Assembly: GCA_034429595.1 (NCBI GenBank)
Contig: DAOUGB010000089.1
Span: 1,260-65,259, forward strand
Source: Dehalococcoidales bacterium
GTDB taxonomy: Bacteria > Chloroflexota > Dehalococcoidia > Dehalococcoidales > RBG-16-60-22
Direction of reading: 5' to 3'
Length of the DNA stretch: 64,000 bases
Part shown: piece by piece, positions 18,090 to 26,330 of the stretch
Numbering within the stretch: the stretch's first letter is position 1
Layout of the letters: every line of letters begins with the position of its first letter
The notes under the pieces: generated by a model
What the model saw: only the letters and a program-made list of their open reading frames with translations
The model's database searches: none
What the model was told of the DNA's origin: nothing
Made by a program: the position numbers and the translations under genes

Positions 18090-18947
18090 ATGCAAAAAGT
18101 AGCAGTGGTTGTCAGCAGTGCCGTTTCCCTGCCGGAAGAGCTAATCAAGACTTACGGCATCCGTTTGGTGCCGGAGAAAATTATTATTGAAAATAAGGTC
18201 TATCAGGACCGCGTTGATATTACTCCCCGCGAATTTTATCCCATCCTTGAAAAGTCTGAAAATATTCCCACCACTTCCGCTCCCACCACTCATGATTTCG
18301 CCGATGCCTTCACGGAAACCGCCGAAACAGCCAGCGCCATTGTATGTATCACCGTGACCAAAGGATTCAGTCAGATGGAATTTCAGTCGGCGCTCGCGGC
18401 CAGTAAAGATTTTTCCAAGATTCCCACGGTTGTCATCGATTCGCGGGCGGCTCCCGGAGCCTACGGCTTCGTTGCCTTAGCGGCGGCCAAAGCCGCCGCC
18501 GCCGGTGGCGACATCGACGAAGTGAGAGCCGCGGCGGAAGATATGCAACAGCGTGTTACCATGCTGTTTACGCTGGATACCCTGAAATATCTGGCTAAGG
18601 GAGGGCGTATCGGCAAGGCCGCTTTGTGGGCGAGCAGCCTGCTTAGTATCAAACCGATAATGGAAATTCCCACTACTACCGGGGCTATCGAGCCGTTGGA
18701 AAGGGTCAGAACCAGGGAAAAATCCCTGACACGGCTCCTGGAAATCATGAAGGCGAAAACAGCTAAGAATGGCTCCGTGCACGTCATCATCGACCAGGCG
18801 AATGTCCCGGGTGAGGCTCATGAGTTTCAAAAGCGTTTGGCCTCCCGCTTCGACTGCGCGGAAATTTATGTGAATGACTGGCCGCTGGTAGCCGCGGTCC
18901 ACTGCGGGCCGGGTGCTATGGGCGTTTCCTTTTACACCGGGGAATAG
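18090..18947 (+). CDS. DegV family fatty-acid-binding protein (FakB-like), paralog 2
   Basis: 285 aa, with typical DegV blocks (PTTSAPT, LAKGGRIGKA). Confidence 0.85.
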   Translation: MQKVAVVVSSAVSLPEELIKTYGIRLVPEKIIIENKVYQDRVDITPREFYPILEKSENIPTTSAPTTHDFADAFTETAETASAIVCITVTKGFSQMEFQSALAASKDFSKIPTVVIDSRAAPGAYGFVALAAAKAAAAGGDIDEVRAAAEDMQQRVTMLFTLDTLKYLAKGGRIGKAALWASSLLSIKPIMEIPTTTGAIEPLERVRTREKSLTRLLEIMKAKTAKNGSVHVIIDQANVPGEAHEFQKRLASRFDCAEIYVNDWPLVAAVHCGPGAMGVSFYTGE

Positions 18948-18972
18948 TCAATAATATTACGGATATCCGGGG

Positions 18973-19596
18973 GTGACCATGGAAATTCAGTCTTTGTTGG
19001 TGATATTACTGGGTTATTTATTAGGTTCCGTATCCTGGGCTTATATCATCGGGCGCCTGTTCGGTAAATTCGATGTCAGGGAAGCCGGTGACGGCCATAT
19101 CAGCGCTGCCTCCCTGCATAAACGGCTAGGCCTCCCAGCGACTATGTTGTCAGGCTGTCTGGATTTTTGCATGGGAGTCCTGGCAGTTGTCATCGCCAGA
19201 GCGCTGAATGAATCTCAAATGGTAGTCATGCTTGCCGGATTTGCTGCCATGCTCGGTCACAACTGGTCGCTCTTCCTGAAATTCCAGGGAGGCCAGGGAG
19301 CCTCGATAATCCAGGGGGTGCTTGCCGTCATGGTATTGCGGCCGTTCATCATCGGCGGTCTCTTAGCACTGGTATCACAACGCTTTATAAAGAAAACCGG
19401 CGTCAGCACCATAGTCTGGGTTGCCAGCGTCACCCTCATTCTGCTGATACAAAATCTCCTTGGACATGAAAGCTATTCAATGCTTTTCATTGTCTATCCG
19501 CTCCTTCTCCTCCTGCCGATGGGACTGAAACGCTTCCAGATAAGTCATATGTCCCTGAACAGTTACGTGACATCGCACCTCCAGCACCCTTCCTAA
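18973..19596 (+). CDS. PlsY (glycerol-3-phosphate acyltransferase) family membrane protein, divergent
   Basis: Aligns along its length with PlsY (LLGYLLGS, REAGDGHISAAS vs GSGN.GATN, GHNWSLFLKFQGGQGAS vs GH.FP.F..FKGGKG.AT). Several signature residues are replaced. The start could instead be ATG 18979. Confidence 0.6.
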   Translation: MTMEIQSLLVILLGYLLGSVSWAYIIGRLFGKFDVREAGDGHISAASLHKRLGLPATMLSGCLDFCMGVLAVVIARALNESQMVVMLAGFAAMLGHNWSLFLKFQGGQGASIIQGVLAVMVLRPFIIGGLLALVSQRFIKKTGVSTIVWVASVTLILLIQNLLGHESYSMLFIVYPLLLLLPMGLKRFQISHMSLNSYVTSHLQHPS

Positions 19597-19649
19597 AATT
19601 AAACCCGTCAGGCGCGTAGCATCGCCCGGCACCGCGGAGGACACCGGAT

Positions 19650-20384
19650 TTGAAACAAATCGAAGAAGACGCGCTCCGAAAGGAGCGCTGGCCGCATCGC
19701 CTGTACCGTAAGATTATCAATGATACCGGAGAGCGCGTCGAGCACATGGCGGAATCCCCGGCGAAACCGGTCCATTGGTATGACCGTAAAATCCTGCTGG
19801 GTGTTCTGGCACTCCTGCTCACCATAGCTATATGTATCGCGGCGCTTTACTACCAGGACACCTTAACGAACACCAAGTATGTTCAAAATCTGGGTTTATT
19901 CGGCATCTTTGTCATTTCCTTCGTCGCTACGATTACCAGTGTAGCTTTTGTTCCGGTGCCTTACTGGGCGTTCGTGATAACCGTGCCGGTCTTGCTCGCC
20001 AAGCAATGGGGTATCTTATCTCCTATCCTGGTTGGAGGTGCCGCCGCCATTGGCGCCACCTTAGGGTGTTTCCCTATCTTTATGGTCGGCTACGGCGGGC
20101 GGGAAGTATTTCAGAAGATGATGGAAAAACGTGATTCTCCACCGGGTAAAAGAGAATATCGCATCTTCGCCTGGGCAAAACGCCATATGACGTGGGCAGT
20201 CTTCCTCCAGTCTGCCATCCCCAACCCCCTGTACGTACCCATAACTGTCGCCATCGGCACCACGCGCTACCCGCCGCTTAAGTTCGTCCTTGTGTCATTA
20301 ATCGGCAATGTGGTTAAGGGTTGCTTTCTGGCCTTCAGTGGATATTTCGGCCTGGAATTCGTGAGAAACTGGCTCGGTGTTTAA
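19650..20384 (+). CDS. DedA/VTT-domain-like membrane protein
   Basis: Polytopic membrane protein whose pattern resembles YqaA/DedA (FVATITSVAFVPVPYW). The start is uncertain (TTG 19650 or ATG 19746). Confidence 0.45.
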   Translation: MKQIEEDALRKERWPHRLYRKIINDTGERVEHMAESPAKPVHWYDRKILLGVLALLLTIAICIAALYYQDTLTNTKYVQNLGLFGIFVISFVATITSVAFVPVPYWAFVITVPVLLAKQWGILSPILVGGAAAIGATLGCFPIFMVGYGGREVFQKMMEKRDSPPGKREYRIFAWAKRHMTWAVFLQSAIPNPLYVPITVAIGTTRYPPLKFVLVSLIGNVVKGCFLAFSGYFGLEFVRNWLGV

Positions 20385-20412
20385 GCCTAACTTCCGGTAC
20401 CCGTTTTTCAAA

Positions 20413-20525
20413 AAAGGATGTTATCTCAAATTTGGGAAATACTATCTTAAAGATCGGCAATGAAGAAACAAGCATTATATCGTAATCTACATACATCAAT
20501 CACAGGTATCATTGAAACTCACTTC
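20413..20525 (+). pseudogene. Remnant of the 3' end of a second ChrB_N-like gene
   Basis: About 110 nt align by eye with 17910-18030, the 3' end of CDS 17260..18054 (AAGGATGTTATCTCAAATTTGGGAAATACTATCTTAAAGATCGGCAATGAAGAAACAAGCATTAT vs AAGGATTTTGTCTCAAATCTGGAGAATAATATCTTGAAGATTGGCAATGAGGAAATAAGTATTAT). Translation ILKIGNEETSIIS* is interrupted by stops. Confidence 0.6.
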
Positions 20526-20715
20526 TCTGGAACTACAAGGCCGGCTGTTAACAATTGGTGTTCCTTTCATTACTATATTCTGGATAATTAGACCACATCA
20601 GTCAGTAGGCCCGCACAGGACTAAGGTAGATGAACATAACCAAGATTCTTGCATATCATTGAGTATGAAAAGTATGTTATATTATATATAACACACATTT
20701 CAGAAGGAGATTGCG

Positions 20716-20979
20716 ATGACGTTCGGAATTACGGAAAACGCTCCAAAGTTCTATGGTTCGGTAACGGTGGGTGAACGCGGTCAGGTGGTTGTTCCGGCAA
20801 AAGCCCGGCATGAACTCGATATTATACCTTCAACAAATCTGTTGGTTTTTAGTATCCCTAATGCCAAGGGTATTGCTATGGTGAAGGTTGAAGTTATGTC
20901 CGAATTCCTGAAAGTATTTGGCAATGCGGTACATAATCTGGAGCAGGTATTAAAAGAGGGTTCCACGGAAGGAACCTAA
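20716..20979 (+). CDS. AbrB/MazE/SpoVT-family DNA-binding protein
   Basis: GSVTVGERGQVVVPAKARHEL is a SpoVT-AbrB swapped-hairpin motif. GAAGGAG RBS. Confidence 0.7.
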   Translation: MTFGITENAPKFYGSVTVGERGQVVVPAKARHELDIIPSTNLLVFSIPNAKGIAMVKVEVMSEFLKVFGNAVHNLEQVLKEGSTEGT

Positions 20980-21196
20980 ACCAAACAATAGTCATTCTGA
21001 AGCGGGAGTTGACTTCGGTATAGTTCTGCTGCTTATCAGATGGGAATGGTTTTCTGAAGCGCCATCCGAAACGGTTCTTTGATACAACGAACCAAAAACT
21101 GCTTAGTTTATCCTGCACAGTCAGGCTGTGTATGTTGAAGAATCGCCCCAAGACTATGGCCGGGACATAATCAAAAATATCCAGAGGTGATAATTA

Positions 21197-21601
21197 ATGA
21201 GAGAGCGATTAATCAGAATGATGTACGGGCGTAACGGTATGGATGAACTCTCGCGGTTTCTATGCATTGCCGCCTTCATTCTTCTTCTCATAGCAATATT
21301 TGTGCCGGGAACTTTTAGTCTGATAATCTGGTTGCTGGCACTCGGCTTACTTATCTGGGCATATATACGGATATTCTCCAGGAATATTTATAAACGGCAG
21401 GCGGAAAACGCGAAGTATATAGAAACAAAGAGTCATATCATAAACGTTTTGCGCAATAAAACGCAGCAATTCAAAATGCGGAAGGAGTACCGCTTCTTCA
21501 AATGCCCCGGCTGTAAAGTCACGGTCCGGATACCGAAGGGCAAAGGCAAAATAATTATTACTTGCCCCCGGTGCCGAACAAGTTTCAATGGGGAGAGTTG
21601 A
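21197..21601 (+). CDS. Membrane protein with C-terminal zinc ribbon
   Basis: Two TM helices, then CPGCKV...CPRCRTSF. AGAGGTG RBS. First gene of the Hsp70 module. Confidence 0.65.
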   Translation: MRERLIRMMYGRNGMDELSRFLCIAAFILLLIAIFVPGTFSLIIWLLALGLLIWAYIRIFSRNIYKRQAENAKYIETKSHIINVLRNKTQQFKMRKEYRFFKCPGCKVTVRIPKGKGKIIITCPRCRTSFNGES

Positions 21602-21609
21602 GCGAATCA

Positions 21610-22449
21610 ATGTTCGGTTTTATCGTAGCTAACAAAGAAGCTCTGACGGAGCAGCAGCTGGAGCGCTACAGGGGATGCTACTGCGGTCTGTGCAAGGCAT
21701 TGGATCAGCGTCATGGTTTGATAGGAAAGATGACGCTGAATTACGATATGACCTTTCTGGTGCTGCTGCTATCCTCGCTGTACGAACCGCAGGACAGCAG
21801 CGGCCGGGGCCGGTGCGCTATTCACCCTAAACAACGGCTTGGTTTTTGGCAGAACAAATTCACTGATTACGCCGCGGATATGAACATCGCTTTGAGCTAT
21901 TACAAGTGCATCGATGACTGGCGTGACGAACGCCGGCTGCTCCGGCTGGGCTACGCCAGGCTGCTCAAGCCCCGCTATAAAAAGGCTATGTTACAATACC
22001 CCCGCCAGTGCCGGTGTATCGAGGAATGTTTTACAAAGATAGCCGAGATTGAGAAAAACGGGTGCACGCTCCCGGATGCGGCGCCGAACTGTTTCGGTCA
22101 ATTGATGGGGTGCCTGCTTGCGTACTACGAGGATGATCACTGGACAGAAACACTGGAGCGTACCGGCATGGCCCTGGGAAAATTCATTTATGCTATGGAT
22201 GCCTGTCTTGACCTGAAATCGGACAAAAAGCACGGGCGGTATAATCCGCTTTTTTCCTATACAGCGGCTGATAGGGACAGCGACTTTTATGAGTTACTGA
22301 CCATGCTGGCCGGTGACTGCACCCTTGAATTTGAAAAGCTGCCCCTGGTGCAGGATATAGATATCATGCGTAACATCCTGTATTCCGGCGTGTGGCAAAA
22401 ATACCAGATAGCAGCCCGAAAAACCGCTAAAAGTGGTGATAAAAAATGA
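21610..22449 (+). CDS. Cys-rich hypothetical protein (possibly DUF5685-like)
   Basis: MFGFIVANKEALTEQQLERYRGCYCGLCKAL resembles, from memory, proteins found next to accessory Hsp70/J-protein pairs in Firmicutes. Needs an HMM check. The track ORF starts earlier, at 21562. Confidence 0.5.
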   Translation: MFGFIVANKEALTEQQLERYRGCYCGLCKALDQRHGLIGKMTLNYDMTFLVLLLSSLYEPQDSSGRGRCAIHPKQRLGFWQNKFTDYAADMNIALSYYKCIDDWRDERRLLRLGYARLLKPRYKKAMLQYPRQCRCIEECFTKIAEIEKNGCTLPDAAPNCFGQLMGCLLAYYEDDHWTETLERTGMALGKFIYAMDACLDLKSDKKHGRYNPLFSYTAADRDSDFYELLTMLAGDCTLEFEKLPLVQDIDIMRNILYSGVWQKYQIAARKTAKSGDKK

Positions 22450-23129
22450 TTGATGATCCATACAAAGTACTTGGGGTTCCACCCAATGCGTCCGATGCTG
22501 AAATCAAAGCGGCCTACCGGCGGCTGGTAAAAAAGTATCATCCGGATTTAAACCCCGGTAATGTTGAAGCTGCCGAAAAGATGAAGGAGTTAAATGCTGC
22601 CTATGACCAGATAAAAAACCCGCAGAAGAACTCCGGCCAAGCAGGGACCGGCCAGAGCCAGGGCTATCAGGATTACCAGGGCCGCGCCAACGGTTATGAC
22701 GACCCGTTCGGATTCGGCGGGTTCGGCGGATACCAGCGGCAGCAACAATCACGGTATTCCGGGCAGGAAGCAGCGGAATTTCTGGCGGCAGAGCATTTTA
22801 TACAGGCAAACCAGTTCCAGAGCGCCTTGCATGTGCTGTCGGAAGTGGCTGAAGGAAAACGCAACGGAAGATGGTATTACCTTAGTGCGCTGGCAAATTA
22901 CGGCGAAGGCAATACTATCCTTGCTTCCGACCATATCCGGCACGCCATCCGGCTGGAGCCGAATAACCTTGAATACCAGCAGTCTTTTAATATGATGCAA
23001 AACGGGGGACGCGTTTACCAGCAGACCGGCAGCGGCTTTCCCCCGGTATCCATAAGCCCGTCGCTGATTTGCCTGGGCTGTTGCCTGTCACAGCTATTAT
23101 GCCAATTCTGCCCATTTTTATCACATTAA
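22446..23129 (+). CDS. J-domain protein with TPR-like middle region and Cys-rich hydrophobic tail
   Basis: DPYKVLGV...YRRLVKKYHPDLNPGN (the HPD motif). Overlaps the upstream stop by 4 nt. C-terminus is LICLGCCLSQLLCQFCPF. Confidence 0.85.
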   Translation: MIDDPYKVLGVPPNASDAEIKAAYRRLVKKYHPDLNPGNVEAAEKMKELNAAYDQIKNPQKNSGQAGTGQSQGYQDYQGRANGYDDPFGFGGFGGYQRQQQSRYSGQEAAEFLAAEHFIQANQFQSALHVLSEVAEGKRNGRWYYLSALANYGEGNTILASDHIRHAIRLEPNNLEYQQSFNMMQNGGRVYQQTGSGFPPVSISPSLICLGCCLSQLLCQFCPFLSH

Positions 23130-23175
23130 AAGGCTGAATATCTGAAAATATTCTGTAATTGGAGGGAATTGTACG

Positions 23176-24918
23176 ATGTCAAGAATCATCGGGATAGATT
23201 TAGGGACAACTTATTCCTGCGTCGCTGTCGTCGAGTTCGGTAAAGCAGTGGTCATTCCCAACGCCGAGGGCGAAAAAACAACGCCGTCCGTCGTTGCCTT
23301 TACTAAAAACGGGGAGCGACTGGTAGGCCAGATGGCCAAGCGGCAAGCTGTTATCAATCCTGACCGTACCATCATCTCTATTAAGCGTGAAATGGGTACG
23401 GATTACAAGAAGAAAATAGACGGCAAGCAATATTCTCCGCAGGAGATATCCGCCATGATATTGCAAAAGCTGAAGACCGATGCCGAAAACTATCTGGGCG
23501 AGGCTGTCACTTCTGCCGTGATTACCGTTCCCGCCTACTTTACCGATGCCCAGCGCCAGGCCACCAAGGATGCCGGGATAATTGCCGGGCTGGATGTGCA
23601 ACGTATCATCAATGAGCCTACCGCAGCCGCTTTAGCTTACGGGATAGGCAGTGAACAGGCGCAAAAGATTATGGTCTATGACCTTGGCGGCGGGACCTTC
23701 GATGTTTCGATTCTCGATATAAACAGCGGTGTCATCGAAGTCCTGGCCACCGCCGGGAACAACCGTTTGGGCGGTGATGATTTTGACCAGTGCATCGCGG
23801 ATTATCTGGTAAAGGAATTTAAGAGGGAGACGCGCATTGACCTTACCAACAATGCCGCGGCCATGCAGAGAGTCCGGGAGGCGGCGGAAAAGGCCAAGAT
23901 TGAGCTATCCGGCGTTACCTCGGCCAACATAAATCTGACCTTTATCGCCGGCGATAAGGACGGCCCGAAGCATATGGATATCACGCTTACCAGGGCCAAA
24001 TTCAACGAGCTTACCCGCCACCTTGTGGAAAAAACCATGGCACCGGTGCGCCAGGCAATAAGCGATTCCGGCCTTGCCGTATCTGATATTTCAAAGGTGC
24101 TCCTGGTTGGCGGCTCCAGCCGTATTCCGGCGGTGCAGGAGTCAGTGAAGCAAATTACCGGGAGAGAGCCATTTAAGGGAATAAACCCCGACGAGTGTGT
24201 AGCTATGGGAGCTTCTTTGCAGGGGGGTGTGCTGGCTGGCGGTGTTAAAAGCCTGGTGCTTCTGGATGTGACACCCTTATCGCTGGGTATCGAGACCATG
24301 GGGGGTATCTTTACCAAGATGATTGACCGCAACTCCACACTGCCTATTATGAAAAGCCAGATATACACGACGGCGGCTCACTTCCAATCATCAGTGGATG
24401 TACACGTCCTCCAGGGCGAGCGTGAAATAGCCGCATACAATAAAACTCTCGGGAAATTCCGGCTTGGCGGCATACGCCGCGCCCCGCGGGGCGTGCCGCA
24501 AATTGAAGTGACGTTTTCAATAGATGTAAACGGTATCGTGAATGTCTCGGCCAAGGATTTAGGGACTGGCAAGCAGCAGCAAATCACCATTACCGCATCA
24601 TCCAATATGAGCCAGGAAGATATTAACAAGGCTGTTCGAGAGGCACAGCAATACGCTGCCGAGGACATGCGGCAAAAGAAAGAGACCACCGCTAAAGATA
24701 ACCTTGAGAGGCTTATTTATCAAGCCGAGAGTATAAAGAAAAAACTGGCGAAAGACGATAAAAGCAAACTTGAAGAAGTCCTGTCCAGGGCTAAAAAAGC
24801 GTTAAAAAGCAAGGACAGCCAGGCTATTCTAGCTGTATCCGATGATTTGGAACTCTTATTGTCATCCGTGGGGCAATACGATTCGCAGAATGACGCTTCC
24901 GGTTCCGGCTCTAAATAA
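23176..24918 (+). CDS. Hsp70-family chaperone, short (580 aa) non-canonical DnaK paralog
   Basis: Has [35 protein letters not shown] and a full substrate-binding domain. There is no grpE or canonical dnaJ nearby. Confidence 0.9.
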   Translation: MSRIIGIDLGTTYSCVAVVEFGKAVVIPNAEGEKTTPSVVAFTKNGERLVGQMAKRQAVINPDRTIISIKREMGTDYKKKIDGKQYSPQEISAMILQKLKTDAENYLGEAVTSAVITVPAYFTDAQRQATKDAGIIAGLDVQRIINEPTAAALAYGIGSEQAQKIMVYDLGGGTFDVSILDINSGVIEVLATAGNNRLGGDDFDQCIADYLVKEFKRETRIDLTNNAAAMQRVREAAEKAKIELSGVTSANINLTFIAGDKDGPKHMDITLTRAKFNELTRHLVEKTMAPVRQAISDSGLAVSDISKVLLVGGSSRIPAVQESVKQITGREPFKGINPDECVAMGASLQGGVLAGGVKSLVLLDVTPLSLGIETMGGIFTKMIDRNSTLPIMKSQIYTTAAHFQSSVDVHVLQGEREIAAYNKTLGKFRLGGIRRAPRGVPQIEVTFSIDVNGIVNVSAKDLGTGKQQQITITASSNMSQEDINKAVREAQQYAAEDMRQKKETTAKDNLERLIYQAESIKKKLAKDDKSKLEEVLSRAKKALKSKDSQAILAVSDDLELLLSSVGQYDSQNDASGSGSK

Positions 24919-25164
24919 AAAATTTGATAACGCCGTTCATGGCATCCGGCATAGCCAGAAGCAGCTTTCCCTCACTGAAGGTTTGCTCAAAGGTTCTGGT
25001 TCTGCGTATGGTAAAGTATCGCCCTCTTTACAGGAATCGAGCCAAGACAAATATCCCATATCATAGAGGGGATGCAAGAATTTGGTGCAACGCCGGGATA
25101 AGCTCTTTTTTCTCGAATAAAAGTTCGGAATCCTTCCAATGCGGGCTACCAATTTTAGAAGCTA

Positions 25165-25210
25165 AAATCCCTCGAAATCATAAAACGGTTTCGGGGGATT
25201 TTTCATTTTT
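25165..25210 (+). terminator. Rho-independent terminator
   Basis: 13-bp stem AAATCCCTCGAAA / TTTCGGGGGATTT with an 11-nt loop, followed by TTTCATTTTT. Confidence 0.6.
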
Positions 25211-25278
25211 GCTAACAAATTGCTAACCAAATAATGAAGGTAACTATCCCCTCAGAACACGTAGGAGGCTAGAGTAGA

Positions 25279-25476
25279 ATGAGCAATAGAGACAAGGTAA
25301 TATTGGATTTATGTGAAGGCACCGGAGCGTGGTCACAAGATTACGCCGCAGCAGGATATGACCGACGTATTATCACATTACCTAAATTTGATGTGAGAGA
25401 CTACTCACCACCGGCGAATGTTTATGGAATATTGGCCGCACCGCCCTGTACAGAATTTACTGCGTATTGCCTATGA
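25279..25476 (+). pseudogene. N-terminal fragment of a DNA (cytosine-5) methyltransferase-like gene
   Basis: ILDLCEGTGAWS resembles motif I (DLF.G.GG) and ILAAPPCTEFT resembles motif IV (GPPCQ.FS). The ORF stops after 65 aa, so the remaining motifs are missing. Confidence 0.5.
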
Positions 25477-25542
25477 AGGCGCAAAAGGGAAATTAGTCTT
25501 TATCCCAGATGATTAGAATTTGTCCCACTCGGACAAAAACTC

Positions 25543-25572
25543 TTGACAAACACGAATGGATGTGCTGATAAT
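25543..25572 (+). promoter_or_regulatory. Sigma-70-like promoter (TTGACA-N18-GATAAT)
   Basis: Hexamers at 25543-25548 and 25567-25572. Followed by hairpin CCCGCCG-ATATAAA-CGGCGGG plus T6 (25591-25617), directly before the tRNA-like gene. Confidence 0.4.
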
Positions 25573-25622
25573 CATGGGTAATAGAGTGTGCCCGCCGATA
25601 TAAACGGCGGGTTTTTTATTGG

Positions 25623-25698
25623 CGCAGGGAGGACAAGTGCTAAGTCTGCCGGTCTCATAAGCCGTGCGAAGCGGGTTCGATTCCCGCCCCTGCTACCA
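25623..25698 (+). tRNA. Atypical tRNA-like gene with CAU anticodon (Met/Ile2-type), possibly a pseudo-tRNA
   Basis: 76 nt with a good T-arm (GCGGGTTCGATTCCCGC), an acceptor stem with a C1:U72 mismatch, a CTCATAA anticodon loop and an encoded CCA. However, the D-arm is irregular (GGAC/GTCT stem shifted by 1 nt, no GG in the D-loop) and 27:43 is a C-U mismatch. Confidence 0.55.
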
Positions 25699-25752
25699 CG
25701 TTAATTAGCTCTCGGAAGTGGGGGACGAACGTAGGATAGTTCCCAATTTAAA

Positions 25753-25792
25753 GGGGTAAATTCGCGTATATTCGCGAATTTACCCCTTTTTT
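25753..25792 (+). terminator. Rho-independent terminator
   Basis: Perfect 14-bp stem GGGGTAAATTCGCG / CGCGAATTTACCCC with loop TATATT, followed by T6. Confidence 0.75.
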
Positions 25793-25869
25793 GTACCCAA
25801 ATTCAGGGCAGTATCTGGTTCATTTTCAGGTCTGCCCTTTTTTATATCCTGATTTTTAAGAGGTGAAGT

Positions 25870-26190
25870 ATGAGACGAGGTAGAAAAAAGTACAACAATT
25901 TTTGGAGCTTAGTTTTTAGTATGGTGTTTTATCTAGTAATAAGTATTATCTTATATATATTCGTGAAAGAGTTTGGTCTATGGGCAGCTTTATCCATTAC
26001 GGTAATTAGCTATCCGCACATGGTTCTTTTTCTCGCAACAATTCTACGCATGCGCGGTGATATTACAGAAAGAAGTTTCATCAACTTGGTTTTAGAAGGA
26101 TTAAAAATTATCAAACTACTACAAAAAACCCAAACTGGTCTAACAAACATCAAGCTAAATATCTCTTCAAACAAATTCAAGAAATCATAA
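25870..26190 (+). CDS. Hypothetical small membrane protein (AT-rich)
   Basis: 106-aa ORF with AGAGGTG RBS and 2-3 hydrophobic helices. I recognise no family. Confidence 0.35.
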   Translation: MRRGRKKYNNFWSLVFSMVFYLVISIILYIFVKEFGLWAALSITVISYPHMVLFLATILRMRGDITERSFINLVLEGLKIIKLLQKTQTGLTNIKLNISSNKFKKS

Positions 26191-26206
26191 CTATAGCAAC
26201 ACAATG

Positions 26207-26320
26207 CTATTTCCTCGCTAGTTCCTTCTTACTAAACCCTCCCACAATCATTTCGTCAAACCCTTTCGCAGCTGCTTCTTGAAGTCCTGGGGTTACATGG
26301 CTGTAGGTGTCAAGAGTTAT
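26207..26320 (-). pseudogene. 3'-terminal remnant of a tyrosine recombinase (phage-type integrase) gene
   Basis: The minus-strand frame reads ITLDTYSHVTPGLQEAAAKGFDEMIVGGFSKKELARK*. This is the classic integrase C-terminus containing the catalytic Tyr (..TLDTYSHV.PG.QE.AA..). Everything N-terminal of it is missing. Confidence 0.65.
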
Positions 26321-26330
26321 CTCTTTTCCC

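Noticed and set aside
20894-21151. 85-aa minus-strand ORF in the AT-rich spacer after the AbrB-like gene. I considered it as a degraded toxin or transposase partner.
   Set aside because: No RBS, no recognisable motif in any frame, and an odd composition. It stays unannotated.
24924-25226. 100-aa plus-strand ORF and 71-aa minus-strand ORF (24937..25152) downstream of the Hsp70 gene. I examined them as a possible integrase or small gene.
   Set aside because: I translated all three minus-strand frames by eye and found no recombinase or other motif. There is no RBS. The region ends in a terminator and is better read as a 3' UTR or spacer.
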